Shown: positions 1 through 10,431, counted from the stretch's first letter. The stretch: 64,000 nucleotides of DNA from an uncultured Gammaproteobacteria bacterium (GCA_964597575.1 CAZQXB010000001.1:704595-768594); one strand, 5' to 3'. A program made the numbers and translations. Notes: generated from the letters alone by a model not told the origin.

Positions 1-249
1 AAATGTGGTATGGCGATTATCCCCCACTTCTTCAATATCTTGGGCCCGAAAACATTTCTGCGAATCCGTTAAACGGCTTCCCTGCGGATGTTTTTCACCT
101 AAAAGATACGGCACCATCGGCTGCATGCCGGAACCCGTAAAAAGAGTTGTTGGGTCGTTCTCAGGCAAGAGCGACGCCGAAGGAAGAACCGCGTGGTTTT
201 GGTTTCTAAAAAAAGCCAGGTATTTCGAACGAAGTTCATTGGTAGTCAT
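1..249 (-). CDS. alaS: alanyl-tRNA synthetase, N-terminal fragment (gene continues beyond the left edge)
   Basis: The reverse-complement of 1-249 translates without stops to [53 protein letters not shown]...[18 protein letters not shown]. This matches the conserved AlaRS N-terminus (NDPTLLFTNAGM, CxRA..DLENVG..RHHTFFEM). It is missing from the ORF track because the frame is open at the window edge. Confidence 0.75.
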   Translation of the reverse strand, partial: MTTNELRSKYLAFFRNQNHAVLPSASLLPENDPTTLFTGSGMQPMVPYLLGEKHPQGSRLTDSQKCFRAQDIEEVGDNRHTTF

Positions 250-280
250 ACATTTTTAGCGTGTATTCGAGAAAAATTGA

Positions 281-1864
281 TTAGTATTCCACCCTTCCAT
301 AACTGTAATTATTGAATTGCTTGGCCGATTCAAGATGAGTCGGCAGGATAATATTTCTCCATTCTGGTTTAAATACCCTCTTCGCTTCTTCAAGTCCTAA
401 ATGAAATTCTGGCCACTTGGCACGTTCTTGTTTCGTAATCTCCATTTGAAGCGTATTCAAGAGCCGAGCATAATTTACGCCTGGGGCATTGTACGCATAA
501 GGAGCAGTATTCGTCGTCGTTTGAATATATTCTGCAAATTTGGCTGAAGTAACCAGAGGAACCAAGGCGGGTGTAATATCGGTTGAGAGCCGGCCAAGAT
601 ATTCAAAGTCGATTTCCTTTTTCTCGCCGGTCAAAAATAAATCGATATTTCGGCGAGCAATAATATAGTCGACATTAAGGCAAACCACTAAAGTAAGAGA
701 AACAACTCCCACAACCATGGCTCCAGTCCAAAAATGCCGAAATGCCAACCGAGCAACAAGAGCGAGAATGGTCCAAACCATAACCGCAAGCATAAAGTAC
801 GCAAACCACTCACTATATAGTCGGATCACCGTGAAACCATAGGCATCCTGATAGAGATACAGGCGTTTTAAGGCTGAAGCAGCTACGACACCGACCTCAA
901 ACACGAGAAGTGCTTGGAGCACCGTAAGTACCGCGTGACGTGACGTGTCGCTGAACCAGCGGTAGACTCCGATAACAATGACCCCAGACAATGCAATGGC
1001 CGCTAAAAGTTCTCCATATCCCTTTCGGGCGTACGAAGCATAGGTAATACCTTCAGCAAACACATATTCAACCCCTGCAAAAAGATAACGGATTTGAATG
1101 AACACAAATACCGCAAAAAGAAGTGCAATGAGCCCAAGGACAACCGAAACAATCACCGCATCTCCATCCATTTTCTTTGACTCCCTTTGAGAGAGTTCGT
1201 ATTTTTCAACAAACAGGGCGTAAAAAATGCCAGCCACAGCGAGGGTGAGAAGACCGGTACGGAGCAATCTCCAAAAATCAACAAATTCTACATTAATTCC
1301 ACGCACCCAGGCGGCAAATACTTCATCGGCCTGATAGAACAATATTCCAAAAAAGAAAAGAATCGGTACCGCAATAAGTACACCAAGAGCAACCCGTTTC
1401 AAGAGTGCGTGTCGGCTTCCAGCTCCAGAAAATAAATCTCGAGAGACATCACCCCAATGATAGAGCGTACGGTCAATGCTCGCAATGAGGGGAATTCGCG
1501 AGAGTTGAAATGGGACGCGATGTGGATTCGTAACCGCGGCTGTGGCGATAAACAAAAACAGAAAAATTCCCACAAACCATGGTACGCCATAGGTTACCAT
1601 CGCATTTTGGTAAATAACGGGCGTGACTGCCATGACTAACGCGAGAATAGCAAACAAAAAAGCCCATGGTTGGCGAAACAACTTTGTGCGGATAAACAGC
1701 GCCGTACTTCCAAGAATAAAGACCAGCACAAACAAAAAGAAGCCAATCCCAACAAGCTTATCCCAAAAAAAGACGTCGTACAGAACCGCCATGACCAAAG
1801 AAAAGGCAATGAACGCCAGACGCTCTTTTTTTGAAATTTCCGGCCGTAATGAAAACAAAGACAT
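281..1864 (-). CDS. polytopic integral membrane protein of unknown function
   Basis: 527 aa ORF with about 12 hydrophobic helices. No catalytic motif was recognised. Confidence 0.55.
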   Translation of the reverse strand: MSLFSLRPEISKKERLAFIAFSLVMAVLYDVFFWDKLVGIGFFLFVLVFILGSTALFIRTKLFRQPWAFLFAILALVMAVTPVIYQNAMVTYGVPWFVGIFLFLFIATAAVTNPHRVPFQLSRIPLIASIDRTLYHWGDVSRDLFSGAGSRHALLKRVALGVLIAVPILFFFGILFYQADEVFAAWVRGINVEFVDFWRLLRTGLLTLAVAGIFYALFVEKYELSQRESKKMDGDAVIVSVVLGLIALLFAVFVFIQIRYLFAGVEYVFAEGITYASYARKGYGELLAAIALSGVIVIGVYRWFSDTSRHAVLTVLQALLVFEVGVVAASALKRLYLYQDAYGFTVIRLYSEWFAYFMLAVMVWTILALVARLAFRHFWTGAMVVGVVSLTLVVCLNVDYIIARRNIDLFLTGEKKEIDFEYLGRLSTDITPALVPLVTSAKFAEYIQTTTNTAPYAYNAPGVNYARLLNTLQMEITKQERAKWPEFHLGLEEAKRVFKPEWRNIILPTHLESAKQFNNYSYGRVEY

Positions 1865-1867
1865 AGA

Positions 1868-2983
1868 TTAAAATACTACGCTACCCCCTAAGCATACCTC
1901 GTTTTTATAAAAAACCGCAAACTGACCAGGGGTAATAGCACGCTCTGCTTTTTTGAGCCGCACCACCCACTGACCGTTCTTTTCGAGAACAGTAGCCGGT
2001 ACAAGTGCCTGACGGTGGCGAAAACGAACCGAACACTGAAGTGGAAATGATGGCTCTTCCCCCAAAATCCAGTGCGGCTGCTCAATCATCACTTCTTTTG
2101 TGTACAGCAGCGGATCATCTTCATACCCAAGCACCAGTTCGTTTGTATCACGGCGTTTTGCCACCACATAGAGCGGTTTCGGATCAACACCGGCTTCTCC
2201 TTTTGAAGAAATACCGACATGCCGTTGACCAATGGTATAAAAGGGCAGCCCGGTATGTTCCCCGAGCATTTTGCCAGAAGATGTAACCATTTTGCCCGGA
2301 GTCGGAGGAATACGCTTGGCAAGAAATTCTGCCATGGGTACCTCTCCCACAAAACAAATACCCATGCTTTCAGCTCGAAGGGCAGTTGGCAAATTGAGTT
2401 TTTTTGCGAGCGCACGAACCTGTATTTTTGTGTATCCTCCGATCGGAAAAAGAGTAGAAGCAAGCTGTGTTTGACTCAGCTGGTGAAGAAAATAGGTTTG
2501 ATCTTTCACGGAATCTTTCGCCTGAAGTAAAGAAAAACACACCTGTTTCTTTTTCCCGCTCACACTAATTTTTCGACCAACCTTTGCATAGTGCCCGGTT
2601 GCTAAAAAATCGAACCCGAGGGCTTTGGCTTTTTTTAGCCACACCCCAAACTTAATGGTCGCGTTACACATTACATCTGGATTCGGCGTACGACTGAGGG
2701 TGTATTCACGAAACATGTATTCGAGGACATTTTCTTTATACTCTTTCTCAAAATCAAGAGTAAGAAGCGGAATACCAAGGTGCGCGGCCACCCGAAGAGC
2801 ATCGCGTCGATCGGTTTTCCAAGAACATACACCGGAGAGCTCGGCTCCATCACTCCATTGCTTCATATAAGCTCCAGTCACATCATACCCTGCTTTCACT
2901 AAAAGCGCTGCCGAAACCGAAGAATCAACCCCACCGGAAAGGGCCATGAGAACTCGTGGTTTTCTGGAGTTTTTTTTCCCCAT
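1868..2983 (-). CDS. mnmA: tRNA-specific 2-thiouridylase MnmA
   Basis: PP-loop motif SGGVDSSV near the N-terminus and an MnmA-like C-terminal barrel. The start was moved to the internal Met (MGKKNSRKPRVLMALSGGVDSS) because the PP-loop normally lies within the first 20 aa. Confidence 0.88.
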   Translation of the reverse strand: MGKKNSRKPRVLMALSGGVDSSVSAALLVKAGYDVTGAYMKQWSDGAELSGVCSWKTDRRDALRVAAHLGIPLLTLDFEKEYKENVLEYMFREYTLSRTPNPDVMCNATIKFGVWLKKAKALGFDFLATGHYAKVGRKISVSGKKKQVCFSLLQAKDSVKDQTYFLHQLSQTQLASTLFPIGGYTKIQVRALAKKLNLPTALRAESMGICFVGEVPMAEFLAKRIPPTPGKMVTSSGKMLGEHTGLPFYTIGQRHVGISSKGEAGVDPKPLYVVAKRRDTNELVLGYEDDPLLYTKEVMIEQPHWILGEEPSFPLQCSVRFRHRQALVPATVLEKNGQWVVRLKKAERAITPGQFAVFYKNEVCLGGSVVF

Positions 2984-3065
2984 AGGAAAATCAAATATGG
3001 CACCGAATATACCATACAGAAAACAAAAAAGCAACCCTTACGGGCTGCTCGTTTGTTTAAACCAC

Positions 3066-3422
3066 TTACGCCTGAGCGCGTGATTTATTGCAGTTGAAGC
3101 AGTAAACTGGACGTGCGCCGCTTGGTTGGAATGGCAATTTATCGATATGCGTTCCACATTGAGCACAGTTCAAGTCTACGTCAAACATCTGGCGTTCCTG
3201 ACGAGGTGCGCTAGCTGCACGCTTATTGCGCAAACAATCGCGGCAGTAGACTGGCTTGTCGCCACTTGGCTGAAATGGAAGCTCACTGATGTGAGCGTTG
3301 CAGTCAGCGCAGTTAAGATCTACCTGCACCATTGGTCTGTCGTTTTGAAATGACATAAAACATTGGGATATGTACGAATTAATCGACCTTTCCCCGTACG
3401 ATGACTCTATACCCCCTATCAT
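3066..3422 (-). CDS. small protein with two tandem C4 zinc-ribbon repeats
   Basis: The motif CxxC-x16-18-CxxC occurs twice with the conserved core LPFQPSG-RPVYCxxC (NCADCNAHISELPFQPSGDKPVYCRDC and NCAQCGTHIDKLPFQPSGARPVYCFNC). Confidence 0.6.
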   Translation of the reverse strand: MIGGIESSYGERSINSYISQCFMSFQNDRPMVQVDLNCADCNAHISELPFQPSGDKPVYCRDCLRNKRAASAPRQERQMFDVDLNCAQCGTHIDKLPFQPSGARPVYCFNCNKSRAQA

Positions 3423-3574
3423 CTAAAAACGACGATGGTTGATACGTTTTTCACCTCACGGATAACGATAGGTACTATAGCATAAATTCCCAGTTTTGTC
3501 AACCTATTTATCTCATATATGTCAACAGCTTCCCCTCCTCACTAAAACAGACCTGTGATTTCTCTCAAAACTAA

Positions 3575-3612
3575 ACACCCCCACAAGTATGGAGGGGTGT
3601 TTGTTTTTTCTG
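3575..3612. terminator. intrinsic terminator hairpin downstream of the pilin gene
   Basis: Perfect 7-bp stem ACACCCC/GGGGTGT with a 12-nt loop, followed by TTGTTTTTTCTG on the plus strand and TTAGTTTTGAG on the minus strand. It lies immediately 3' of the minus-strand pilin stop at 3624. Confidence 0.4.
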
Positions 3613-3623
3613 CTAGCAGAAAA

Positions 3624-4076
3624 CTATGGAGTTGACGATGCTGTTAAACCTGATGGAGTAGCAACGATCGTACCTGACAAACCACTCACTTCACCTTCGA
3701 GTTCACTGGTGATGCTGTATGCTGAACCGTCAGCTGACAAATATTCGTATGTAGTGTTGTTTCCTGGATCTTCAGGAACTAACCCCATATACGCATCGGT
3801 ACAGCCTGCTGCGCCGAAACCAGACTGGTTCAAACACGCGTACTGTGCAGTACCGAGGTCGATAGCAACTGTTGAAGTTGGATAACTATTGTTATCCGTG
3901 TAAAACAATTCGAGTGCGGTTTGGATTTGCTTAATGTCGGACAAACGGCGGGCATCACGCGATTTCTCACGTGCTGAGCCAAGTGCCACTACGGCAAGCG
4001 TTGACAAAAGGCCGATAATCGCGATAACGACCAAAAGCTCAATAAGCGTAAAACCTTTTCTATTCATGATGTTCAC
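3624..4076 (-). CDS. type IV pilin / pseudopilin (prepilin-type N-terminal cleavage and methylation domain)
   Basis: N-terminus MNRKGFTLIELLVVIAIIGLLSTLAV is the class-III signal (G|FTLIELL, Glu at +5) followed by a hydrophobic helix. Size is 150 aa with an SD of AAGGGGGTG. Confidence 0.85.
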   Translation of the reverse strand: MNIMNRKGFTLIELLVVIAIIGLLSTLAVVALGSAREKSRDARRLSDIKQIQTALELFYTDNNSYPTSTVAIDLGTAQYACLNQSGFGAAGCTDAYMGLVPEDPGNNTTYEYLSADGSAYSITSELEGEVSGLSGTIVATPSGLTASSTP

Positions 4077-4086
4077 CCCCTTTCCT

Positions 4087-4106
4087 GTTCGTGGAACATG
4101 TGTTCA
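4087..4106. promoter_or_regulatory. inverted-repeat operator-like element in the pilin promoter region
   Basis: TGTTC-gtg-GAACA-tg-TGTTC lies within 30 bp upstream of the pilin start codon, between the pilin gene and the receiver gene. Confidence 0.3.
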
Positions 4107-4124
4107 TACACGATTGAATACATC

Positions 4125-4511
4125 TTAAGCGATGTTCAGTGCTTTCTTTACCTTACCAACCGTTTCGGATGGTTTAAAATGTGCCTTAATCAGATAATCC
4201 ACGGCTCCGAGCTCCAACCCTTTTTCTACGTCGTCTTTTTGCCCTAAGTTGGTAAGAAGGATCACCGGAATCGCACCAGTCTCACTGTCATTTTTCAAAT
4301 GCTTCAACACGGTGAAGCCATCCATTTTCGGCAAAAGAACATCAAGTAAAATAATATCCGGTTTTTTCTTTTTTGCATCATCGAGCCCCGCTTCCCCATT
4401 TTCTGCCACACTGACTCGAAAACCTTCCATCTCAAATTTGGTTTTGTAAATATTTGCGAGAAACGTATCATCTTCCACAAGAAGAACGTGCTTGTTAGTA
4501 GTGTCGGCCAT
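4125..4511 (-). CDS. stand-alone response-regulator receiver (CheY-like) protein
   Basis: LLVEDD...DIILLDVLLPKMDG...ILLTN...K contains the acidic pocket, the phospho-acceptor Asp and the conserved Thr/Lys. There is no output domain (128 aa). Confidence 0.8.
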   Translation of the reverse strand: MADTTNKHVLLVEDDTFLANIYKTKFEMEGFRVSVAENGEAGLDDAKKKKPDIILLDVLLPKMDGFTVLKHLKNDSETGAIPVILLTNLGQKDDVEKGLELGAVDYLIKAHFKPSETVGKVKKALNIA

Positions 4512-4535
4512 AAGAAAAAACGAGTAGTGGTTCCA

Positions 4536-5663
4536 TTATACAATGTTTCGAAGAGCAAGTCCAATCGCAACCGACATACGAGGCCCAACGGAATCAAGAA
4601 CTGGTTTTAATCCTTGCTGATACACAACACGCGCCCACGGATCTCCTACAAATACTTTGAGTGGAAATGCAGCCGCGAGCTCTAACTGAATGGCAGGTAC
4701 GAGCGCGGAACCGCCAGTCAAAATAATTTTTTCCGGTCGCTTTTCTTCGTTCCCGGTTTGACGCAAATACATATCGAAACCGTATTGCACTTCTTTAATC
4801 ATGGGTTCAATGATATGCGGAAACAATACTTCGGAAATCACCTCACTTGAAACATGTTCTAAATCATATTTCATTTCCCCAGCAGCCACAATATTAACCC
4901 CCAAGCGCTCTGCGATCATTTCATCAATCATGGCTCCTCCAATTTGGATGCTCCGGTGCGTCACGGGAAGCCCCTGATCCATAATAAAGAAATTGGTACG
5001 CTCCGCGCCCATATCAATAACGAGAACGGTTGACGTATCGCGACCAACAAGTGCCCGCTCAAGCGCAAACGCTTCAGTTTCGAGTTCTGCCAAACGAAGA
5101 CCAGCACGTTCAAAAATACTCGTATAAAAAACAATCAATTCTTTCGGTGCAGCTGTAACCAGCACACGCATATTCTTGCGCTGCTTTTCCATATCGGTTT
5201 GCGGAATAATCTGATGCACCACTTGCATTTCACTCGCTGGGCGTGGCAAAAGCTTCCCAATTTTTGCTTCTACATGCTGAACAATTTCTTTTTCCTTAAG
5301 TTCTGGAAGCGTAATAATCGTATGAAAAACATACGACACCGGTAAACTTGCTACGGCTTGGCGCGTAGTCACCTTTGCTTGCTTTACCACTTCTTGCAAA
5401 AGCTTCGCGTAATGATCAACTCGTGCATCTGTCGTTTCTAACCCTGATACCGGAGGAAGTGATGTGGTGGTAACTGGCGCACCCCGCAGCTGTTCAGGAG
5501 TTTTATCTTGTAAATTGGTAACATGAATATCGAGCGGCTCATCAATCATGCCATACGTCCAAAGTTGCGGGCGATTTTTATTTTTTCGAAGCTCAACAAT
5601 TTTAATACCATGCGCTCCGATATCCACCCCCACGAATGATTCTGTTTTTTGAAACATGGCCAT
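4536..5663 (-). CDS. pilM: type IV pilus assembly ATPase-fold protein PilM
   Basis: Actin/Hsp70-like fold motifs: VGVDIGAHGIKIV, DMGAERTNFFI, ILTGGSALVPAI. Length (375 aa) and position next to a pilin gene fit PilM. Confidence 0.8.
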   Translation of the reverse strand: MAMFQKTESFVGVDIGAHGIKIVELRKNKNRPQLWTYGMIDEPLDIHVTNLQDKTPEQLRGAPVTTTSLPPVSGLETTDARVDHYAKLLQEVVKQAKVTTRQAVASLPVSYVFHTIITLPELKEKEIVQHVEAKIGKLLPRPASEMQVVHQIIPQTDMEKQRKNMRVLVTAAPKELIVFYTSIFERAGLRLAELETEAFALERALVGRDTSTVLVIDMGAERTNFFIMDQGLPVTHRSIQIGGAMIDEMIAERLGVNIVAAGEMKYDLEHVSSEVISEVLFPHIIEPMIKEVQYGFDMYLRQTGNEEKRPEKIILTGGSALVPAIQLELAAAFPLKVFVGDPWARVVYQQGLKPVLDSVGPRMSVAIGLALRNIV

Positions 5664-5799
5664 ACAGAAAATTTCAGTTGAAAAAAGTATACCATATTAT
5701 TATAGTATGCAAAAGGTTATCGTGTGCTCAAAAACAACAACCGAGTGATAACTTGCCAAGCACCTCATTTTCTCGTACGATACGAATACTCTTTTTTCT

Positions 5800-7260
5800 A
5801 TGCTCTCCTTATATAATACGCTTTCAAGAACTGCCGAACCGTTTACCCCCCTTAAGGGAAATGATGTGGGTTTGTATACGTGTGGCCCAACCGTGTATCA
5901 CTACGCTCATTTAGGCAACCTCCGAACATATATTTTTGAAGATGTTTTGAAACGCACCTTGGTTGCTAATGGCTACACAGTAAACCATGTCATGAATATT
6001 ACTGACGTCGGTCATCTTACCGACGACGCTGATCAAGGGGAAGATAAAATGGAAAAAGGCTCACGACGAGAAGGAAAAACGGCCTGGGAAGTGGCCGACT
6101 TTTACACTGCCGCATTTTTAAAAGATATTGATGCTCTGAACATCATTCATCCGAATATTTTGTGTAAAGCGACAGACCATATCCCCGAACAAATTGCGCA
6201 AGTTCAAACTCTTATTGATAAAGGCCATACCTACGAAACAGCAGATGGTATTTATTTTGACACCACGAGCATTTCTGATTACGGAAAATTAGCTCAACTC
6301 GAAAAACAGCAACTTGAAGCGGGTGCGCGAGTCGACATGGGTGAAAAAAAGAACCCACACGATTTTGCGCTTTGGAAATTTACCGCGCCAGGTGAAAAGC
6401 GCCAAATGGAATGGGCGGCTTTTGGTCGTATGGGTTTTCCAGGCTGGCATATTGAATGTTCTGCCATGAGTATTAAATACTTAGGAGAACAGTTTGATAT
6501 TCACTGTGGTGGTATTGATCACATTCCCGTCCACCATACGAACGAAATTGCTCAGGCTGAAAGCGCAACCGGAAAAAAACCGTGGGTAAACTACTGGCTC
6601 CACGGAGAGTTCATTTTAACGAACAGTGAAAAAATGGCAAAGTCGGGCGGCAATCTTTTAACGCTCCAGTCTATTATCGACGAAGGTATTGATCCGCTCG
6701 CCTACCGATACTTTGTTCTTCAAACCCATTACAGAAAACAAGCCAATTATACCCTTGAGGCGCTCAAGGCCGCGGCGGCTGGCTACGAACGACTGGTGAA
6801 AGACATCGGACAACTCTATCACCGAAAGATGGAGAATGATTCCTTTGGAAACCGGGGGTATGCGGAAGGGAAAAAGGGGGCATCTTCTGACGAGTGGAAA
6901 AGAATGATGAAAAACCAAATCAATAACGACCTTTCAACACCGCAAATTCTTGGACTTTTGCGCGATCTCATTCGTGACGAAACATTATCGCCGGAAGAAC
7001 GAATGGATGTGATTGAGTATACCGACCAAATTCTTGGTCTTGACCTTTTGAAGAAAGCTGAGGCCTTTTCCCAAAAAAATCAGCATACAGAAAAAAATAT
7101 TGAGATCCCTCAAAAAGTAGAAAAACTTCTTCAGCAACGGGAAATCGCGCGAAAAGAAAAACACTTTGACGAAAGCGACCTCCTTCGTAAAGAAATTCAA
7201 ACTTTTGGCTTCGACGTTGAAGACACCCCTCAAGGACAGCGACTTATCCCACGCACCTAA
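5800..7260 (+). CDS. cysS: cysteinyl-tRNA synthetase
   Basis: Class I aaRS with CGPTVY..HLGN (HIGH-type) and KMAKSGGN (KMSKS) motifs, plus the CysRS Zn ligand region WHIECS. Confidence 0.9.
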   Translation: MLSLYNTLSRTAEPFTPLKGNDVGLYTCGPTVYHYAHLGNLRTYIFEDVLKRTLVANGYTVNHVMNITDVGHLTDDADQGEDKMEKGSRREGKTAWEVADFYTAAFLKDIDALNIIHPNILCKATDHIPEQIAQVQTLIDKGHTYETADGIYFDTTSISDYGKLAQLEKQQLEAGARVDMGEKKNPHDFALWKFTAPGEKRQMEWAAFGRMGFPGWHIECSAMSIKYLGEQFDIHCGGIDHIPVHHTNEIAQAESATGKKPWVNYWLHGEFILTNSEKMAKSGGNLLTLQSIIDEGIDPLAYRYFVLQTHYRKQANYTLEALKAAAAGYERLVKDIGQLYHRKMENDSFGNRGYAEGKKGASSDEWKRMMKNQINNDLSTPQILGLLRDLIRDETLSPEERMDVIEYTDQILGLDLLKKAEAFSQKNQHTEKNIEIPQKVEKLLQQREIARKEKHFDESDLLRKEIQTFGFDVEDTPQGQRLIPRT

Positions 7261-7320
7261 AAAGAATCCTCGCCCAATTACGAAAATTCTGGTATACTCT
7301 CTCTATCATGTATTTTTCGT

Positions 7321-7860
7321 ATGCCAACTATCGGTAGCCCTCGCACACCAGATAAACTCCCGGAGGGGCTTCGTAAACTCGCTCCACGAGAAGTGGGTAT
7401 TCCGTCTGACCACGAAAACCCACCTCGTGTTGAACGAACAGAACAAGTTCGCGAAAAAGAAAAAACAGAAAACATCCAAAGTCCAAAAGAACAAAAGCCT
7501 GTCGAAGAAGGGCTTATTTCTCGTATTAGAAAACCAAAAGTTATTCCCCAGGTAAAACCCATCACCCGCGATGAAATTACTCGAGATGTGGAACATATTA
7601 TGTCTGAGGGCCTCACTGAGGCATTCAAGGCACTTTCTCCGATTAAGCAACAGGAATTTAAAATGAAAGGAGAAGAGACCGCTCGGGAAATTAGAAGCCT
7701 CCTTTTTTCAACAAAAGTGAAGATGAAAAAAATCTTTGAACTTATTTTTGACTGGCTGAAACTCCTTCCCGGGGTCAACAAATTCTTTCTGGAACAGGAA
7801 GCAAAAATTAAGGCTGAGCGTGTCATGCGCTTGAAAGAGCTCAAAAATTTTCGCCCTTAA
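7321..7860 (+). CDS. hypothetical Lys/Glu-rich protein, first gene of the ATPase operon
   Basis: 179 aa ORF ending 3 nt before the ATPase gene. It is a charged low-complexity protein with no recognised domain. Confidence 0.45.
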   Translation: MPTIGSPRTPDKLPEGLRKLAPREVGIPSDHENPPRVERTEQVREKEKTENIQSPKEQKPVEEGLISRIRKPKVIPQVKPITRDEITRDVEHIMSEGLTEAFKALSPIKQQEFKMKGEETAREIRSLLFSTKVKMKKIFELIFDWLKLLPGVNKFFLEQEAKIKAERVMRLKELKNFRP

Positions 7861-7863
7861 TGT

Positions 7864-10431
7864 ATGCCGCCAGAATTCCTCGGCGACGCACAACCCTATT
7901 TCAATACCAGCGCATCCGTTGATACCACACTCGTTGCGCTTCTTTTGTTTGGAGCCATTGCCGGTGTTGCCACATTTGTTTTTATCCTCCGGGGAATACT
8001 TCATGTAAAATTTCGCAAAGAAAGTAGTTTTACCCGAGTCGTTCTTCGCATTACGGTTCCAAAAGAGCGTCGCAGTGAGGGCCAAGGAAACCAAAGCCAA
8101 CAAGAAGATCGACTAGAACAAGTGCGTGAAGAAATTGGACTTACAGAAACATTCTTTGGCACGATTGCAGGGCTAAAAGCAGAACGCGGTATGGCTCCGT
8201 GGTTTCGTGGACGAAGTGATCATTTAGCCTGTGAAATGGTCGTTCACGACGGCCTCATTACCTTCTACATTGAAGTTCCCAAACGTTTTCGCACCATGAT
8301 TGAGCAGCAGATTCAGGCCCAGTACCCGCATGCCGAAATAGAACAAATGATTGACTACAACAATTTTAGCCCGAAAAGCAGTATTGTGGGCGCCTATATC
8401 GCAAGCGATGGTCCACGCGTTTCCCCGATTAAAACATATCGTAAAATTGAATCGGACCCCCTCTCATCACTTCTAAACGTCCTTGCGAAAGTGCGGGAAC
8501 CTGGAACAAGTTTGGCTGTGCAATATGTTATTCGATCGGCCAAAAAATCGTGGCGCCGTGAAGGGGTTGGCCTTATTGAAAACCTCAGAAAAGGGAAAGG
8601 ATCAAGCGGTTTGGCTGGAAACGTAGGTTCAGGCGTGGCCGGATTTGGCAGCGCCATTGTACAAAACGTAGCAGGCTCCAAAAATGATAAAAACAAATCT
8701 TCGAAAGATGAAAAGAAACACGAACTTACCCAAGCCGAACAAGAACTTATTAAAAACATCCAAGAAAAGCTTGGGAAAGGCGGGCTTGATGTGACGGTTC
8801 GCCTGCTCTCAGTAGCCGATTCTCCAGAAATTGCAAAAACAAACCTCGACAACCTTGTCTCTTCATTTAGCCAGTACAATCTCTACCAGTACGGAAATAG
8901 CTTAAAAGCAGTTATTCCCCGAAATCAAACACAACTAATTCGTGATTTTATTTATCGCACCTTTCACGAGAAGCGAGCCTTTGTCGTCAATACTGAAGAA
9001 ATGGCCGGCCTCTGGCATCTTCCTCTTCACTCAACCGAAACTCCGAACATTCGCTGGCTTGGTGCACGCAAAGCCCCTCCCCCATCCAATGTACCAACCG
9101 AAGGAATTCTTCTTGGACATGTGAACTACCGGGGAACTGACACGCCAATTCACATGAAAGATGCCGATCGTCGGCGCCATATGTATGTAATTGGGAAATC
9201 CGGCTCTGGAAAATCAGTCCTCCTCGCGAATTTAGCTATTCAAGATATTAAAAATGGACACGGCATTTGTATTATCGACCCTCACGGAGATCTAGTAGAG
9301 GATGTTTTGCAACATGTGCCAAAAGAACGGGCTGAGGATGTGATTATATTGAATCCTTCCGATGTTGAGAGGCCCATTGGGCTAAACATGCTCGAGGCGA
9401 AGACGGAAGATCAGAAAGATTTTGCCGTGGGAGAAATGATCGCCATCTTCTACAAGCTCTTTCCACCGGAAATGATTGGGCCAATGTTTGAGCACAACAT
9501 GAGAAATGTGATGCTCACCCTCATGGCGGACATCGATAACCCAGGCACGATTATCGACATCCCTCGCATGTTTACGGATGATGCTTATGTCAAAAAATAC
9601 TTGGTGAAATTGAAAGATCCTGTTGTGCGAGCCTTCTGGGAAAAAGAAATGGCCAAAACGAGTGATTTCCACAAATCTGAAATGCTTGGCTACCTTATTT
9701 CTAAAGTGGGCCGCTTCGTGGAAAACGAAATGATGCGAAACATCATGGGTCAGCAAAAGAGCGGCTTCAATTTTCGCGAAGCCATGGATAAGAAAAAAAT
9801 TCTTCTCGTCAATTTGGCGAAAGGAACTACCGGAGAAATGAACGCTAAACTCATTGGGCTTATTGTGGTAGCAAAACTTCAGATGGCAGCCATGAGCCGG
9901 GCTGATCTTCCTCAAGAAGAGAGAACTGACTTCTACCTGTATATCGACGAGTTTCAAAACTTTGTAACGGATTCGATTTCGACCATTCTCTCCGAAGCCC
10001 GCAAATACCGCCTTAATCTTATTATTGCCCATCAATATATGGGGCAGCTTATTGACGAAAAGGGCCGCGATGATATTCGGAAAGCCGTGCTTGGAAATGC
10101 GGGTACCATGGCCGCGTTCCGTGTAGGCCCTGAGGATGTAGAAATTCTTTCAAAAGAATTTGCACCAACGTTTGGCGGCTACGACCTCTTAAACGCACCA
10201 CAATTTTCTTGTTATACAAAATTGCTCATTGACAATACCGCAAGTAAGCCATTCAATATGCTTACCTATCCGTACAACCAGGGAAATAAAAAACTGGCAG
10301 AAGCGATTCGTCAGCTTTCTCGACTTACCTACGGTCGCGATCGCCGCATTGTCGAAGAAGAAATTCTTGAGCGAACCCAAATTGGGGCGGCTGAAACAAA
10401 AGCGAAAACAAGTGTTGAGTCAAGTTTATAA
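7864..10431 (+). CDS. membrane-anchored HerA/FtsK/VirD4-superfamily P-loop ATPase with a novel ~420 aa N-terminal domain
   Basis: N-terminal TM helix (LVALLLFGAIAGVATFVFIL). Walker A YVIGKSGSGKS is followed by IIDPHGDLVED (the HerA/DUF87-type DPHGE/D motif). Walker B FYLYIDEFQNF, then IIAHQY. Residues 30-420 are homologous to ORF 18913-20349 (AQYPHAEIEQMIDY vs AQYPEAEITEIEDY; EEMAGLWHLPLH..APPPSNVPTEG vs EELATIWHFPMS..EPPSDLPVEG). Confidence 0.75.
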   Translation: MPPEFLGDAQPYFNTSASVDTTLVALLLFGAIAGVATFVFILRGILHVKFRKESSFTRVVLRITVPKERRSEGQGNQSQQEDRLEQVREEIGLTETFFGTIAGLKAERGMAPWFRGRSDHLACEMVVHDGLITFYIEVPKRFRTMIEQQIQAQYPHAEIEQMIDYNNFSPKSSIVGAYIASDGPRVSPIKTYRKIESDPLSSLLNVLAKVREPGTSLAVQYVIRSAKKSWRREGVGLIENLRKGKGSSGLAGNVGSGVAGFGSAIVQNVAGSKNDKNKSSKDEKKHELTQAEQELIKNIQEKLGKGGLDVTVRLLSVADSPEIAKTNLDNLVSSFSQYNLYQYGNSLKAVIPRNQTQLIRDFIYRTFHEKRAFVVNTEEMAGLWHLPLHSTETPNIRWLGARKAPPPSNVPTEGILLGHVNYRGTDTPIHMKDADRRRHMYVIGKSGSGKSVLLANLAIQDIKNGHGICIIDPHGDLVEDVLQHVPKERAEDVIILNPSDVERPIGLNMLEAKTEDQKDFAVGEMIAIFYKLFPPEMIGPMFEHNMRNVMLTLMADIDNPGTIIDIPRMFTDDAYVKKYLVKLKDPVVRAFWEKEMAKTSDFHKSEMLGYLISKVGRFVENEMMRNIMGQQKSGFNFREAMDKKKILLVNLAKGTTGEMNAKLIGLIVVAKLQMAAMSRADLPQEERTDFYLYIDEFQNFVTDSISTILSEARKYRLNLIIAHQYMGQLIDEKGRDDIRKAVLGNAGTMAAFRVGPEDVEILSKEFAPTFGGYDLLNAPQFSCYTKLLIDNTASKPFNMLTYPYNQGNKKLAEAIRQLSRLTYGRDRRIVEEEILERTQIGAAETKAKTSVESSL

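Noticed and set aside
5-259. 84-aa plus-strand ORF at the left edge
   Set aside because: It is antisense to a well-conserved alaS N-terminus encoded on the minus strand (1-249), and its composition is not protein-like.
5664-5799. Possible T-box leader upstream of cysS
   Set aside because: 136 nt is too short for a T-box, and no specifier-loop or antiterminator motif is recognisable. It is more likely divergent promoters for pilM and cysS.
8394-8879. 161-aa minus-strand ORF inside the ATPase gene
   Set aside because: Antisense to a coding region with conserved motifs, and Ser/Phe-rich.
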